Counted from the stretch's first letter, positions 45,436-55,582 are shown. The stretch: DNA of 64,000 nt from a virus (IMGVR_UViG_3300027759_000050:64001-128000), one strand, 5' to 3'. The notes: generated by a model from the sequence alone, not told the origin. Made by a program: numbers and translations.

Positions 45436-45821
45436 ATATTTCTTAGTATGTCTGCTATTTTCATGTCTACTGATATTAAATCTGTATCTATGTCTTTACC
45501 TCTTATACCCTTTACTACCTTTGGCAATATATTTAAGAATAATAAAAATGTCTTTAAGGAATCATAATCCTTTTCATCGATTCTAAAAAATAATATTCTG
45601 GAGGTTGCTTCAGGTCCAAATACATTATTTAAGAGAATGATATGATTAAGAATTAGTCTTTCTTTTATGTTTTTGGTTGCCTTGTATCTACGAAATAACC
45701 TTTTTAGGTATTTTGTTCTTTTTAAGTCTCCCTCAAACTCAGACATTAAACAACTAGGTGATGTATAACATTTTACTGCATACATCACAAAGTTGTCTTC
45801 GTTTAGTTCATCAAAATTCAT
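45432..45821 (-). CDS. Conserved T4-like protein (ERLILNHII.L.NVFG family)
   Basis: Motif recognition. Confidence 0.75.
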   Translation of the reverse strand: MNFDELNEDNFVMYAVKCYTSPSCLMSEFEGDLKRTKYLKRLFRRYKATKNIKERLILNHIILLNNVFGPEATSRILFFRIDEKDYDSLKTFLLFLNILPKVVKGIRGKDIDTDLISVDMKIADILRNI

Positions 45822-45836
45822 TATAAAGAGAATACA

Positions 45837-46463
45837 TTAGGTATTAGCGAATGCTCTACCCCATGAAGTGTTACCACCAGCAGTGTTTACGGATGACGCA
45901 TCAGTCAAACAAACTAGAGTTTCACGCAAATAACGGACTGATCCATCAGCGTTTGTTTTCTTTCTAACGTGAACCCATCCTGTGTTAACTGATCCAAGAA
46001 TTTTGTTATTGGCAGCAGTAATTCTAGTATCTGTTGCAAGAACTGTGTCGGCATAGTAAGTAGCAGAAACTTCACCTGTTGGTCGTACAATAGGTGAATC
46101 AAAACCAATAATTGAACCAGCTGCAATATTGCCTGTTGTTCCCGTTGACATAGTTACTAGATTTCCAGCTGAAACAGCTGTTGTAGTAACATTCGAAAAG
46201 AACATACCAGGTGAACCGTTTGATGATAGGTTAGCAACAGCTGAACCACCACTCAAAAGATTTACATATAAACCACCTGTAACACCGACATTTGCTACGT
46301 TTGCAGCATAAGTAAATTTAATGGTTGTAGCGCCGGCGACGGTTAAATTAGCTGTAACTAGTTGTGTGACAGTTCTAACTTGGCGTTCATATGGCCATTC
46401 AGGATGTCCAAATCCACCTGGTGTTTGTGGGGTGTCGTTATTATTCCATGTTTCGTAAGCCAT
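45837..46463 (-). CDS. Virion structural protein
   Basis: Thr/Ala/Gly-rich, GWV....R...ETLV; late-like ATAAATA upstream (about 46496-46502). Confidence 0.65.
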   Translation of the reverse strand: MAYETWNNNDTPQTPGGFGHPEWPYERQVRTVTQLVTANLTVAGATTIKFTYAANVANVGVTGGLYVNLLSGGSAVANLSSNGSPGMFFSNVTTTAVSAGNLVTMSTGTTGNIAAGSIIGFDSPIVRPTGEVSATYYADTVLATDTRITAANNKILGSVNTGWVHVRKKTNADGSVRYLRETLVCLTDASSVNTAGGNTSWGRAFANT

Positions 46464-46497
46464 TTTTTCTCCTTGGGTAGAAAGGTATTCTATCTAT

Positions 46498-47703
46498 TTA
46501 TTGTTCTTGTGGTTTCTGCTTGATTTTGTCCATACTCTTGTAGTCTGGCATCTTACTGCGATTCTTCATCATAGGATCAAGTTCAACGGTATCTCTTGGT
46601 TCACCAGTCAATGTTTTACCACCTTTTAGTATTAACCTTGCATTTGGTTTATCGTCACCTATGTTATTTACACCGTCTATTTTTTGTACAGTTGGTTTTT
46701 TACCATAAGGCTTTGCGGCCTTATCGTCTTTCTCCCAATCATATAAATCTTCCTGTACTTGGCGGGAAGCTGAATGGAATTCTTTTACAATTCTCTTAAT
46801 AGACTTCTTTGGAGGTGCAAGTGTTTCACCACCATTTGCACCATCAGCTGGAGATTGTGTTGCAGCTTGTGGATCAACGGAATCTTCATTTGTTCTACTT
46901 CTTTTTTGACTTGCATAATAAGCAGCAAGAGCCATTTGCATACGTTGTGCTTTAGATTTTCCATCAAACTTTGGATTGTCTGAATGGACAAAATCATGGA
47001 TCCAATTGTAAGCAGTTGAATTTTTAGATAAAGCTTCATCTAAACTGATTTCTTCTTCCAATTCATCAGTAGACTTTAAGTAATCCAATGATGTTGTGAT
47101 ATAGTCTTCAGCTTTTGTGATTTTTGCTTGTACCCATTCTGGAAGATTCTCATCATCTTCAAGCATATCTTTTAGAGCTTCAGCATTTCTACAAATTGTT
47201 TGAAGTTGTGTTTTGGCCATTGCACCTTCATAATCATATTCACCAGAATCTTTGGCTTCAGACACACGTTTATCATCGTTTGCAAATTGTTTCTTGGTTG
47301 CCTTGACAATACCGGAGAAACGCTTGTTAGCTTTCTGAATGTTTTCTCTACCACCAGCTTTATCCAATTCTGATGCTTGACTTCCTGCAGCAGTCTTGTA
47401 GCGACCTAGTAATTCATTTGAAACTTCATCGATTTGGTCATCTTCATAGATGCCATGGTCTCTTTTCCATTTTTCATAATCACCAGTCTTAGATTGAGAC
47501 ACTCTTTTATTCTTAGTAATGTAATTCACATTCCAACCCTTCGACTTGTAAAATTGTTTTAGTAAATCTGAACGCTTTGATGTAATATTTTCAGCAACAT
47601 TAGCCTTTGCTGACCAAGGATCATTTGGGTCAGTAAAACTACTTTTAGGTGAAATGGATGTAGGTTTTATTACATCCTTGATTACATTTTTTTTACTTTT
47701 CAT
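46498..47703 (-). CDS. Putative internal head polyprotein
   Basis: Short modules separated by hydrophobic-X-E sites; EG.MA..QL, LPEWVQ.KI. Confidence 0.6.
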   Translation of the reverse strand: MKSKKNVIKDVIKPTSISPKSSFTDPNDPWSAKANVAENITSKRSDLLKQFYKSKGWNVNYITKNKRVSQSKTGDYEKWKRDHGIYEDDQIDEVSNELLGRYKTAAGSQASELDKAGGRENIQKANKRFSGIVKATKKQFANDDKRVSEAKDSGEYDYEGAMAKTQLQTICRNAEALKDMLEDDENLPEWVQAKITKAEDYITTSLDYLKSTDELEEEISLDEALSKNSTAYNWIHDFVHSDNPKFDGKSKAQRMQMALAAYYASQKRSRTNEDSVDPQAATQSPADGANGGETLAPPKKSIKRIVKEFHSASRQVQEDLYDWEKDDKAAKPYGKKPTVQKIDGVNNIGDDKPNARLILKGGKTLTGEPRDTVELDPMMKNRSKMPDYKSMDKIKQKPQEQ

Positions 47704-47706
47704 TTT

Positions 47707-48540
47707 TTATTCCGAAGTTCCTGTTTTTCCCAACATTTCTTTGATTCTCTTGAATGTAGGTTTAACAGCTTTATTGATTTCTCTGTGTGTTGCAGAATCG
47801 GTAACAAAAGGTACAGCAGTATCTGTGCCTTTACCTTCAGCTTTCAATGTTGCTTTTTTACCAGAGAAATGAGCATTTGCATTTTTCACTTCTGGATCAT
47901 TGGAGAGTGTAGGTCCTTTAAGTGTATCAACTCTTACAGCTTTCTTTCCTTTGTTTTCTCCAACGACACTTTGCATTGCACCAATGTCTTCTTTGGTTAA
48001 ACGGTCAATTGCTTTTTCAACACCATCTCTGCGTTTCCAAGACGTTTGTTTATATTTACTGGATAGTTGAGTGTTGGAATCTTTCATACCTGGACTTCTT
48101 GCTCTGTCAGCCCTGTTTTCAAAATCTGCGCCAATTTTACGCATAATTGTAGCATCACGGGATGCTTTCTTAGCATACGAACCAAGAGTGGACTTTGACA
48201 ATTCATCAAGTTCTTCAACTTCTTCTTTTTTCATTCTTAGTAATTTGAAATCGTGGGAATCTAATTTACCATTGCGATTCTTGTCCAACTTGTGTTGGTC
48301 GCCTTTTAATTCTTCCGACACATCTTCTTCTTTAACGTCCTTAGGAATAGCCATTTTAGCTAAATGTTTAACTCTAGAAGCATCACCATGGCCAGGTTTT
48401 GTATCTGGTTTTTTGTATGGACCATCAAATGGAGGAGTTTCTTTTTTCTTTCCAGGTTCAAGGAGCAATTTTTTGTCTTCAGCTAAAACAGATTCAACTG
48501 CGTCTATCATTGATTGTGAAACACTATTCTTAGTAAACAT
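47707..48540 (-). CDS. Putative internal head polyprotein
   Basis: EELKGDQHKLDKNRNGKLD (EF-hand-like) and DELSKSTLGSY module. Confidence 0.6.
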   Translation of the reverse strand: MFTKNSVSQSMIDAVESVLAEDKKLLLEPGKKKETPPFDGPYKKPDTKPGHGDASRVKHLAKMAIPKDVKEEDVSEELKGDQHKLDKNRNGKLDSHDFKLLRMKKEEVEELDELSKSTLGSYAKKASRDATIMRKIGADFENRADRARSPGMKDSNTQLSSKYKQTSWKRRDGVEKAIDRLTKEDIGAMQSVVGENKGKKAVRVDTLKGPTLSNDPEVKNANAHFSGKKATLKAEGKGTDTAVPFVTDSATHREINKAVKPTFKRIKEMLGKTGTSE

Positions 48541-50303
48541 TATTTTGCTCCTGATTTTTTGTTTTGTATTTTAGGTGTAATACCTGATTTTATGTATTTA
48601 TCTGTAGGCTTAACTAGAGGTTCTTTGTTCATTGCACCACCCATAACACCTGCAACTCCCATTTCATTGCCTGTTTCACCGGAGTATACGGATTCTTTGA
48701 AACCTTTGAGTTTTTTCTTTTCACCTAGTGGATTTGGATTGACATTTTTAGGTCTAGAATCTAAACCAGCACCGGCAACATTTATGTTATCGAATTCTTC
48801 CGCTTCACTGTAGGTCTGATTACCCAATCCTGCACCACCAATGCTTGCTGCATCACCGCCGCCGCCACTTCTTGCATTCGTTGTTTGGCCAATACCAGTT
48901 CCGTCAGAAACTCTATTATTTGTTAATGCAGTCTTTTTCTTGCCAGTTTCTTTGTCTTTATTGAAATTGGCTTCCGCATAGGTTCTAAATGCGTATGTAC
49001 TATTTGATTTTACATCACCGTCCCGAACATCATCTTGTTTACCCATCTTATATTGAGCTTGCATAAAAGGACTGTTATTATCTTTTAGAATTTTAACTTT
49101 TTTAATCTTAGAACTTTCATACAAACCCCTGAAACGATTTCCATTCTGTAGAGATTCGATGATGGAACTAGATGACAGGAACTCTTTTGTTAGTTTGTAA
49201 GTTTCTGTAATATCTTCTTCTTTAGATTCTAAGTCACCGGAATTGTCAAATCTTACAAAATCAGTAAACATTTCTGAAAGTTGTTCAGCATTATTTTGTG
49301 CTTTTTCCCACTTTTGTTGGCGAATAGATTCCATCATCATCTTGGACAACAATGTGTTTCTTTCTTGACTGACTGAATTGGTTGTATCTACAAAGACCAT
49401 CATTGTCTTGTAACCCAAATCTTCCAATTCTTCCTTGATTTGACCAATCTTCTCCAAATCATCTGCCGGTCCATTGATAATCAATGGTGCGCGGGTGCGT
49501 ATGGATTCGAATTTTGGACTCATGGATCTCATTGCAAGTTTGTGTTTATCGTTTAGAATATCAACAACTTGTTGGAAATTATGTTCAACAATTTTTTGTG
49601 AAGCAATACATTCACGAACGATAATGTCTTTACCAGAACCAGGGCCACCAGTTACAAAGATTGCTTTGTGGCGGCCATAACTGTAATCTTCATGTAATCC
49701 CATTCCTTTGCGGACATCATGCATCAATTCTTTTGCATGGTGTTCAGGTACATGAGAGGGAACACCTTTACGGAATTCTCCGAAGTTACTATTCTTGGCA
49801 TGTTCACGCATCTTGGTGCCAGACATTCCTTCTGTACCCTCTGCGTCAGGATCTCTTTGTCCCGCAGAATGAACAGTTATCTTCTTGAAATGATACAGAG
49901 CTCCAGGATGATTTCCATTGTATTGGTGTAACTTGTCGTGCATTTCTTTCACGCGGTCAGAACCAACAACCATGTGCAAGTGTGTCACACCTTTTTTATT
50001 TAATTCAGCTGCGTGTTGTAGAAAAGTTGGTTTCTCTTTAGAAGAAGCTTCAAAATGTGTACCAGGCGAATATCTTTTCAGGTGTTTAATCTTCTGTTGA
50101 GAAGAAAGTGGGTTCTTTTTTGAATCCTGTGAATGTGAAACAACCACAGCGGAATGATCCGCATGTTGTTTTTTTGCAACTTCTTTTACTTTGTCTATAA
50201 GCTTTAGATGACCAGTAGTCGGAGGATTCATCCGACCAAAGGACATTACATGGTGAACATCACCAGATGCTTTTTCTTGTATAACTTCTAAAAAGGATTT
50301 CAT
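48540..50303 (-). CDS. Cytidylyltransferase/NMNAT-like domain fused to a P-loop kinase-like domain
   Basis: FGRMNPPTTGH, VGSDR, MSGTKMR; GGPGSGKD; MKSFLEVIQE start; His-rich N-terminal half. Confidence 0.8.
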   Translation of the reverse strand: MKSFLEVIQEKASGDVHHVMSFGRMNPPTTGHLKLIDKVKEVAKKQHADHSAVVVSHSQDSKKNPLSSQQKIKHLKRYSPGTHFEASSKEKPTFLQHAAELNKKGVTHLHMVVGSDRVKEMHDKLHQYNGNHPGALYHFKKITVHSAGQRDPDAEGTEGMSGTKMREHAKNSNFGEFRKGVPSHVPEHHAKELMHDVRKGMGLHEDYSYGRHKAIFVTGGPGSGKDIIVRECIASQKIVEHNFQQVVDILNDKHKLAMRSMSPKFESIRTRAPLIINGPADDLEKIGQIKEELEDLGYKTMMVFVDTTNSVSQERNTLLSKMMMESIRQQKWEKAQNNAEQLSEMFTDFVRFDNSGDLESKEEDITETYKLTKEFLSSSSIIESLQNGNRFRGLYESSKIKKVKILKDNNSPFMQAQYKMGKQDDVRDGDVKSNSTYAFRTYAEANFNKDKETGKKKTALTNNRVSDGTGIGQTTNARSGGGGDAASIGGAGLGNQTYSEAEEFDNINVAGAGLDSRPKNVNPNPLGEKKKLKGFKESVYSGETGNEMGVAGVMGGAMNKEPLVKPTDKYIKSGITPKIQNKKSGAK

Positions 50304-51341
50304 TTAGTTTGTGTGGCCCAAAGTTTTTTTGAATTTTTCCATATGTTCATCGTGGTCTAAATTAACGTGACTGTGATTTAGACCTTTTTTACCATCTGGA
50401 TGGAAAGCTACTGTACGAGCTGATTTATTACCTTTTTGTTTTTCTCTAATTCTCCAGACACCTTTGCCTGAAATTTTAGGCAGGCCATGACCTGTTTCAT
50501 CATGTTCACCAACTCTATAAGTACCGTGGCCACCAACTTGCAATACGTGTACATGATGGTCTTTTAGATAACCTTCTGCTGGATGTAGATTTGGATGTTT
50601 AATTTCAATAGTTTTAGCACGACCAGATTCTGTTGAAACTGCCTTATCAGGATGTGGTTCATGTTTGTTCATGTGGTCAAGAATACCTGATTTTTCAATA
50701 TGTTTTGCATATTCAGGTCTTTTCTTTTTGGCTGCATCACCAACATGCCAACCTTTTTCTTTTGTATGGTGAATTGTCAATTGACCCATTGCAGCGGTAA
50801 CACCGTTCTTTGTTTCACCGTTAAGTAATCCGCCTGTAACTGAACCTGCGTGGAATTTACCTTTTTTCTTATTTTCGACAGCAAAATCTGTACCGCCAGT
50901 AGAACCTGCACCGGACATATGATGTGGCATAACTCCATGATGTTTTAATCTTGCAACAAATTTATTCTCATAGTCATGCCCTTTGTTTTCTGGAGCTTCA
51001 CCTGGCTTATGCAACTTTGAAGCAAGCATTGTGTGGTGATTACCAACTTCATCTTCAACATGAACATGAGTTTGATGTTTACCCGTAACAAGATTATAAT
51101 GTTTTTCAACACCATGAATTTTTACCGAAGAACCTTTAGGTAAATCATCATGTTCAGAAGCTAATGTGTGAGTAGGAGTTTTTGAACCAACATGTGGTAG
51201 TATGTACTTTTTTACATGAGCTTCAGCATCTGCACCTGACGCAGAAATTTTACCTCGACCCTCAGAAAGGATTGGTATACCATCTTCATCGACTTCTATG
51301 CCAGCTCTTTCCCAATAAATTTGTTTTTGTCTATCTATCAT
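50304..51341 (-). CDS. His-rich PD-(D/E)XK-like protein
   Basis: G.DYE, GTDF, GETK; about 39 His in 345 aa by hand count. Confidence 0.55.
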   Translation of the reverse strand: MIDRQKQIYWERAGIEVDEDGIPILSEGRGKISASGADAEAHVKKYILPHVGSKTPTHTLASEHDDLPKGSSVKIHGVEKHYNLVTGKHQTHVHVEDEVGNHHTMLASKLHKPGEAPENKGHDYENKFVARLKHHGVMPHHMSGAGSTGGTDFAVENKKKGKFHAGSVTGGLLNGETKNGVTAAMGQLTIHHTKEKGWHVGDAAKKKRPEYAKHIEKSGILDHMNKHEPHPDKAVSTESGRAKTIEIKHPNLHPAEGYLKDHHVHVLQVGGHGTYRVGEHDETGHGLPKISGKGVWRIREKQKGNKSARTVAFHPDGKKGLNHSHVNLDHDEHMEKFKKTLGHTN

Positions 51342-51343
51342 TT

Positions 51344-52345
51344 TTATGCCCTTTCGTCCGATTTTACATTTCCGGATCTTCCTTCACCCTTAGGTAGTGC
51401 AATTCTAGGACGAGGTCCTTCATAGTTTTGTTGATCCACATGTGAAACTTTTGCTTCTTTACCCGCAGTTGATGATTTTACTAAATGAGAAGCTGCTTGA
51501 GCTGAACCTTTTCCAAATTTACCTTCACCTGTAGTAGCTTCTTTTCTAACAAAATGGTTCAATTCAGGATGTCTATCGTGAGCTGAATTCATAGCTTTTT
51601 GAGCTTCATCACGATGATGTTCCATTTCTGACCTAGAAGAAGTTTTCATAGAATTTAAATGTTTAGCCACCGAACCCATATCTTTCATAATACCGGAATG
51701 GATTTCATCTTTCTTTTTTTGCGGTAAATTTTTATATTTTGGATGGTTGTTTAACATTTCTCTCGCAGCATGGTCATGTACTGCATTATTTTCTTCTGGT
51801 CCACCTGACATTAATTGTGAACCGCCGCCCTTTTTCATTGAAAGTCTAATTCCTGAATGATTATTATCATTAGGATTATGGATTGAAACATCAGCTTTAG
51901 ATGTTGCACCTTTAGTCGCTCCATGCTTTTTCCATGTATCCGTAACAGTTCCTCTATCACCACCCATAACTTTTGCTTTATGTTTTTCTTTTATTGCTTT
52001 TTTGAAATCTGGATGATTGGCTAGTGCATGAATTGTATGTACTGCTGTTTCATGTTCTGAATGATAACTATGTTCTGCTTCTTTTGTTTTTTTGCCGCCG
52101 GTGAAACCTTTATCCTCAGCATTGTTGAAATGTAAAGGATGAGTTTTATCGTTTTTTGATTTTTCTAATTCTTTCATCATAGAAGGCTTATCATGAGCAA
52201 TTCCTTTGCCAACCATGTGATTCCATATATTGGCATGAGCGTGTTCATCATTATAACTCACACCACTTTGTGCTTCATCTAATGGACCAATTTGTTCCAT
52301 TAGACCAGCTCTATCCAACCAAATTTTTCTCTGTAGAGAAATCAT
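51344..52345 (-). CDS. His-rich restriction-endonuclease-like protein
   Basis: TSKADV...IRLSMKKGG..QLMSG; about 28 His in 333 aa. Confidence 0.55.
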   Translation of the reverse strand: MISLQRKIWLDRAGLMEQIGPLDEAQSGVSYNDEHAHANIWNHMVGKGIAHDKPSMMKELEKSKNDKTHPLHFNNAEDKGFTGGKKTKEAEHSYHSEHETAVHTIHALANHPDFKKAIKEKHKAKVMGGDRGTVTDTWKKHGATKGATSKADVSIHNPNDNNHSGIRLSMKKGGGSQLMSGGPEENNAVHDHAAREMLNNHPKYKNLPQKKKDEIHSGIMKDMGSVAKHLNSMKTSSRSEMEHHRDEAQKAMNSAHDRHPELNHFVRKEATTGEGKFGKGSAQAASHLVKSSTAGKEAKVSHVDQQNYEGPRPRIALPKGEGRSGNVKSDERA

Positions 52346-53097
52346 TTTCTCACCTTTAGTCTGTTTTGTTTTGCGAACTCTGCTCTATTTACTAGCTTTG
52401 TTGGTTCAGATTTTCCAGATTCTGGAGTATGATGAACCACAAATCCTTCGGGTTTAGATTTAACACCGCTGATGTGGTGTTCATAATGGCCTTCGTGGCC
52501 CTCTAGATGTTTAACTAGAGTATTCTTAGCTTGTGCTAAATGGTGGTGCATCGTCAAAAGATTCTGATAATGCTCTTTATTTTTCTCAATATGGTCGATA
52601 TGTTCTTGTCCTGCAGCAGTTTTTGCATTCTTTGACGCATCTGTTTTGACTTTATCTGCCATCTTGGCGTGTTGAGACTTGATGTGATTCTTCAATCCTG
52701 TGACATTTGGAACTTCGCCTGTGTCAACGGTTTTGTTGATATAGGTCGTTAAATGAGTATTTTCACCTCTGTGCTTGGAGGTTGCAGGATACATTTTTGC
52801 ACCATGTGTGTCATGGATTTCTTTTGCCGCAGCCATGTGCTTGTGAAATTCATCCTGAGCGTGTACTGGGTAATCAACTTTTGCTGTGTCATGTCCTGCG
52901 CCGTGGTGGTGAACATCTTTGTGCTGTTTAAAGTTGTGTAGGTCAACATCATGGTGTGCGGACATATTACTAATGTCGGAACCATGATATTTTGTGTGGA
53001 CTACTACGCCGACTTTAGATGCACCAATCTTTTTAGCCTCATCACCGTGTGCGGTGTATGTGATTGTATTTGGAGTAAATGATACTTTTTTAGTCAT
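52342..53097 (-). CDS. DUF6267-like ligase-fold protein, C-terminal part
   Basis: FTPNTITY, PEGFVV, KLVNR.EF; about 33 His in 251 aa. Confidence 0.7.
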   Translation of the reverse strand: MTKKVSFTPNTITYTAHGDEAKKIGASKVGVVVHTKYHGSDISNMSAHHDVDLHNFKQHKDVHHHGAGHDTAKVDYPVHAQDEFHKHMAAAKEIHDTHGAKMYPATSKHRGENTHLTTYINKTVDTGEVPNVTGLKNHIKSQHAKMADKVKTDASKNAKTAAGQEHIDHIEKNKEHYQNLLTMHHHLAQAKNTLVKHLEGHEGHYEHHISGVKSKPEGFVVHHTPESGKSEPTKLVNRAEFAKQNRLKVRK

Positions 53098-53536
53098 GGT
53101 GGTGTAAATCCTCTGAGGAATGCATCATATCGCCTTGGTAAACACCATGTTTTGGTGTGACTTTTGGCAAATGTTTCAAAGCAGCTTTAAGTTTTGATGC
53201 AAGTCCTGGTGCGTGGCCATGGTTCTTGTCAACATCAGCTTCTGTGTGATTGATTTTTGGTGTCTTATTGAACGCGGATTTACTTGCGACAAAGAATTTA
53301 CCTGTTTTTGGGTGGTGTCCAAAGATAATTGCAGGTGAACCATCGTATTTCATGGTCAAATTACTGCTGTTTGCTTTGGCTTTCATGTGTTCGTGAGCTT
53401 GCATCAAAGCACCATGTGCATGTTCAAAACCTTCGGCACCGTGCATTAATGGACGGTCTTCCGCGTGATGAATATGTTTTAAAGCCGAACCTTCTGGTTC
53501 TGCCTCTTCTTTTAAGAAGGAAATAAAAGTTTTCAT
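53090..53536 (-). CDS. DUF6267-like ligase-fold protein, N-terminal part
   Basis: H+.H.ED, KYDGSPA, FFVASKS.FN, YQGD; MKTFISFLKEE start. Confidence 0.7.
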   Translation of the reverse strand: MKTFISFLKEEAEPEGSALKHIHHAEDRPLMHGAEGFEHAHGALMQAHEHMKAKANSSNLTMKYDGSPAIIFGHHPKTGKFFVASKSAFNKTPKINHTEADVDKNHGHAPGLASKLKAALKHLPKVTPKHGVYQGDMMHSSEDLHHHD

Positions 53537-53578
53537 TGATTGCCCTTAGAATTGTAACACACTCTGGTTACCATCAGT

Positions 53579-53586
53579 TATTTATA
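53579..53586 (-). promoter_or_regulatory. T4-type late promoter
   Basis: TATAAATA in the intergenic gap upstream of 53536. Confidence 0.8.
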
Positions 53587-53638
53587 CAACTTTTTAATTC
53601 AAACTCCTAAATCCACAAAGATTGAGGAGAATACATAG

Positions 53639-54310
53639 TCAATCAAATTGAATATAACCGGTTGCCGAAATTTGACATTTAAACCCCATAACGTCCCATT
53701 CAACAAGTTTTTCTTTATCTACCAATTCTAAAATGCAATGTTCCAAGTCTCGGGTTGTGGATAAACAATGTTTTACCAATTTACCCATCAATTCTTTTGC
53801 TTCTGGAGTAATACTGTGGCAGAATGAAAAAATTCTAGTGTCCAGTACCCGCAAATCATCGGATATCCAAGATGGACCTCGTTTTTTGAAAACATATTTA
53901 CCAAATAAGTTTGGATCATCATAATTTTCGATGTGAAAATCATCCGTTAACTCACCCCTACCGGTTAGTTTAAAGATTCTCTGAATATTTGGTATATTCA
54001 TTTTTTCAACAGCATCAATCGTCACAAATAAACTATATGCTTCAGCCGGACTCTTTAGGCCCATTTGGCCAAGTTTAGCCACATCAGGTATGTTTGAGTT
54101 GATTAACAAGTAATCGACTTTTTTTGATAAGTCATCCAACATGTATTGTGGAACAGGATTTGGAGAAGATTCAGCCAATACAATTATGGAATTTTTATCT
54201 TTTAATCTAATCGATTCCAAATCTTTTAGTGTTTGTTCATATCTGTTTTCTATTGATATAATGCTTGTAAAAGAGTTGATTGCCGAAGTTAAAATAAATA
54301 CATTACTCAT
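53639..54310 (-). CDS. Putative glycosyltransferase-like protein
   Basis: F+LTSAI, R..QT...+.SIR, FKLTGR motifs. Confidence 0.55.
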   Translation of the reverse strand: MSNVFILTSAINSFTSIISIENRYEQTLKDLESIRLKDKNSIIVLAESSPNPVPQYMLDDLSKKVDYLLINSNIPDVAKLGQMGLKSPAEAYSLFVTIDAVEKMNIPNIQRIFKLTGRGELTDDFHIENYDDPNLFGKYVFKKRGPSWISDDLRVLDTRIFSFCHSITPEAKELMGKLVKHCLSTTRDLEHCILELVDKEKLVEWDVMGFKCQISATGYIQFD

Positions 54311-54870
54311 TATTTGTACCAATACCAAACATCACATTCAGTTTCCAAAATTTCTTTACCAACAAGAGCTGCAAATTCTAAAACGGCTTTGTTGACGCCT
54401 GGGATAACTCTAAAGTCGTGACCGGAGAATACACCACCAGGTTTAACTTTTGAATAATAGTTATGACAATCAATTAGTACCTGTTCATAGGTGTGTAGAC
54501 CATCGATGAAAAGTAAGTCTACAGAATTATCATCGAATCTATCAACAACATTGTCGGAATAGTCTCTAATCATTTCAAATCGGTTACTATAACCAGAAAG
54601 ACGATGCATTGTTTCTTCAAAAAATTCTTGGCGGTCGTTTAAAGAAACGCCATTCCAATCAACATAGTTAGCATATGGATCAATAGAAACAATTTTCAAT
54701 TCAGGGTTACATTGTAGTAACCATTCAGTTGTGTGTCCTTCAGAACAACCAATTTCAACAACAAAAGGGTTCTTCATAGGTTTAACTAACTCACCTAGCC
54801 CGTGGCCAGAACTTTTCCTAAAGTTGTAAACATTTTGTGTCATAGTGTTAAATGTGATTGTATCACTCAT
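54310..54870 (-). CDS. Class I SAM methyltransferase (Methyltransf_24)
   Basis: VEIG...G.T, D++FIDG.H.YE, V+PGG+..GHD. Confidence 0.88.
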   Translation of the reverse strand: MSDTITFNTMTQNVYNFRKSSGHGLGELVKPMKNPFVVEIGCSEGHTTEWLLQCNPELKIVSIDPYANYVDWNGVSLNDRQEFFEETMHRLSGYSNRFEMIRDYSDNVVDRFDDNSVDLLFIDGLHTYEQVLIDCHNYYSKVKPGGVFSGHDFRVIPGVNKAVLEFAALVGKEILETECDVWYWYK

Positions 54871-54900
54871 AGTATTTCTCCGTTGTATTAATTTAATAGA

Positions 54901-55581
54901 TTATTTCACACCATTTATATGTATCTGTGAAGGATAAACAAATTCCTTATCTGATGTTTTTTGTAGAATACAATGTACATAACAAGGCCTCAAAGACATA
55001 CTATTCATTTCAAAATAATTTTGGAGTGGTGCTTCTTCAAAACTTTCTTTTATATACAATCCTATTATGTTATACTCGTTATATTTGGCCAAACTTTCAA
55101 AGAAAACAGGATTATAACAAAAGAATCCGTGATTGTAATCTATACACGGCAAAACATTTAACAAAGCTCCACCTGGTTTCGTTAAATCATGCATCAGTTT
55201 AAAAGACGTTGCTTGGCCTATCAAGTGTTCAGTTGTTCCATGGTTTGTACATAGGTCATATTTATTTTTATGTTCTTCTGGGCAACTCTGAACATTTAAG
55301 TCCCAGAAGTATGATTTTGGATCTAATGGATCCAAATCTATACAATCATATGTGTGACCCATCATTTCGTGAGCTGAACGATTGCTTATGTGATAATAAA
55401 ATCCATCAGAAAGATTTTCATCCAAATCTAGATGTTTTAAATATTCTTTAACATAACCTTTATCGTCGAAATGGATTGTTTGAGCTCCCAATTCCATCAC
55501 TTTAATGTTTTTTCTGAAATCAATAACACCTTCATCTTTTAATTTTTTATAGTGTTTAAATGTTTCTCTAGTTGCACCCAT
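54901..55581 (-). CDS. Methyltransferase-like protein
   Basis: ELGAQ, YD+.TN.GT.EH, H...KPGG, HGF. Confidence 0.65.
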   Translation of the reverse strand: MGATRETFKHYKKLKDEGVIDFRKNIKVMELGAQTIHFDDKGYVKEYLKHLDLDENLSDGFYYHISNRSAHEMMGHTYDCIDLDPLDPKSYFWDLNVQSCPEEHKNKYDLCTNHGTTEHLIGQATSFKLMHDLTKPGGALLNVLPCIDYNHGFFCYNPVFFESLAKYNEYNIIGLYIKESFEEAPLQNYFEMNSMSLRPCYVHCILQKTSDKEFVYPSQIHINGVK

Positions 55582-55582
55582 A

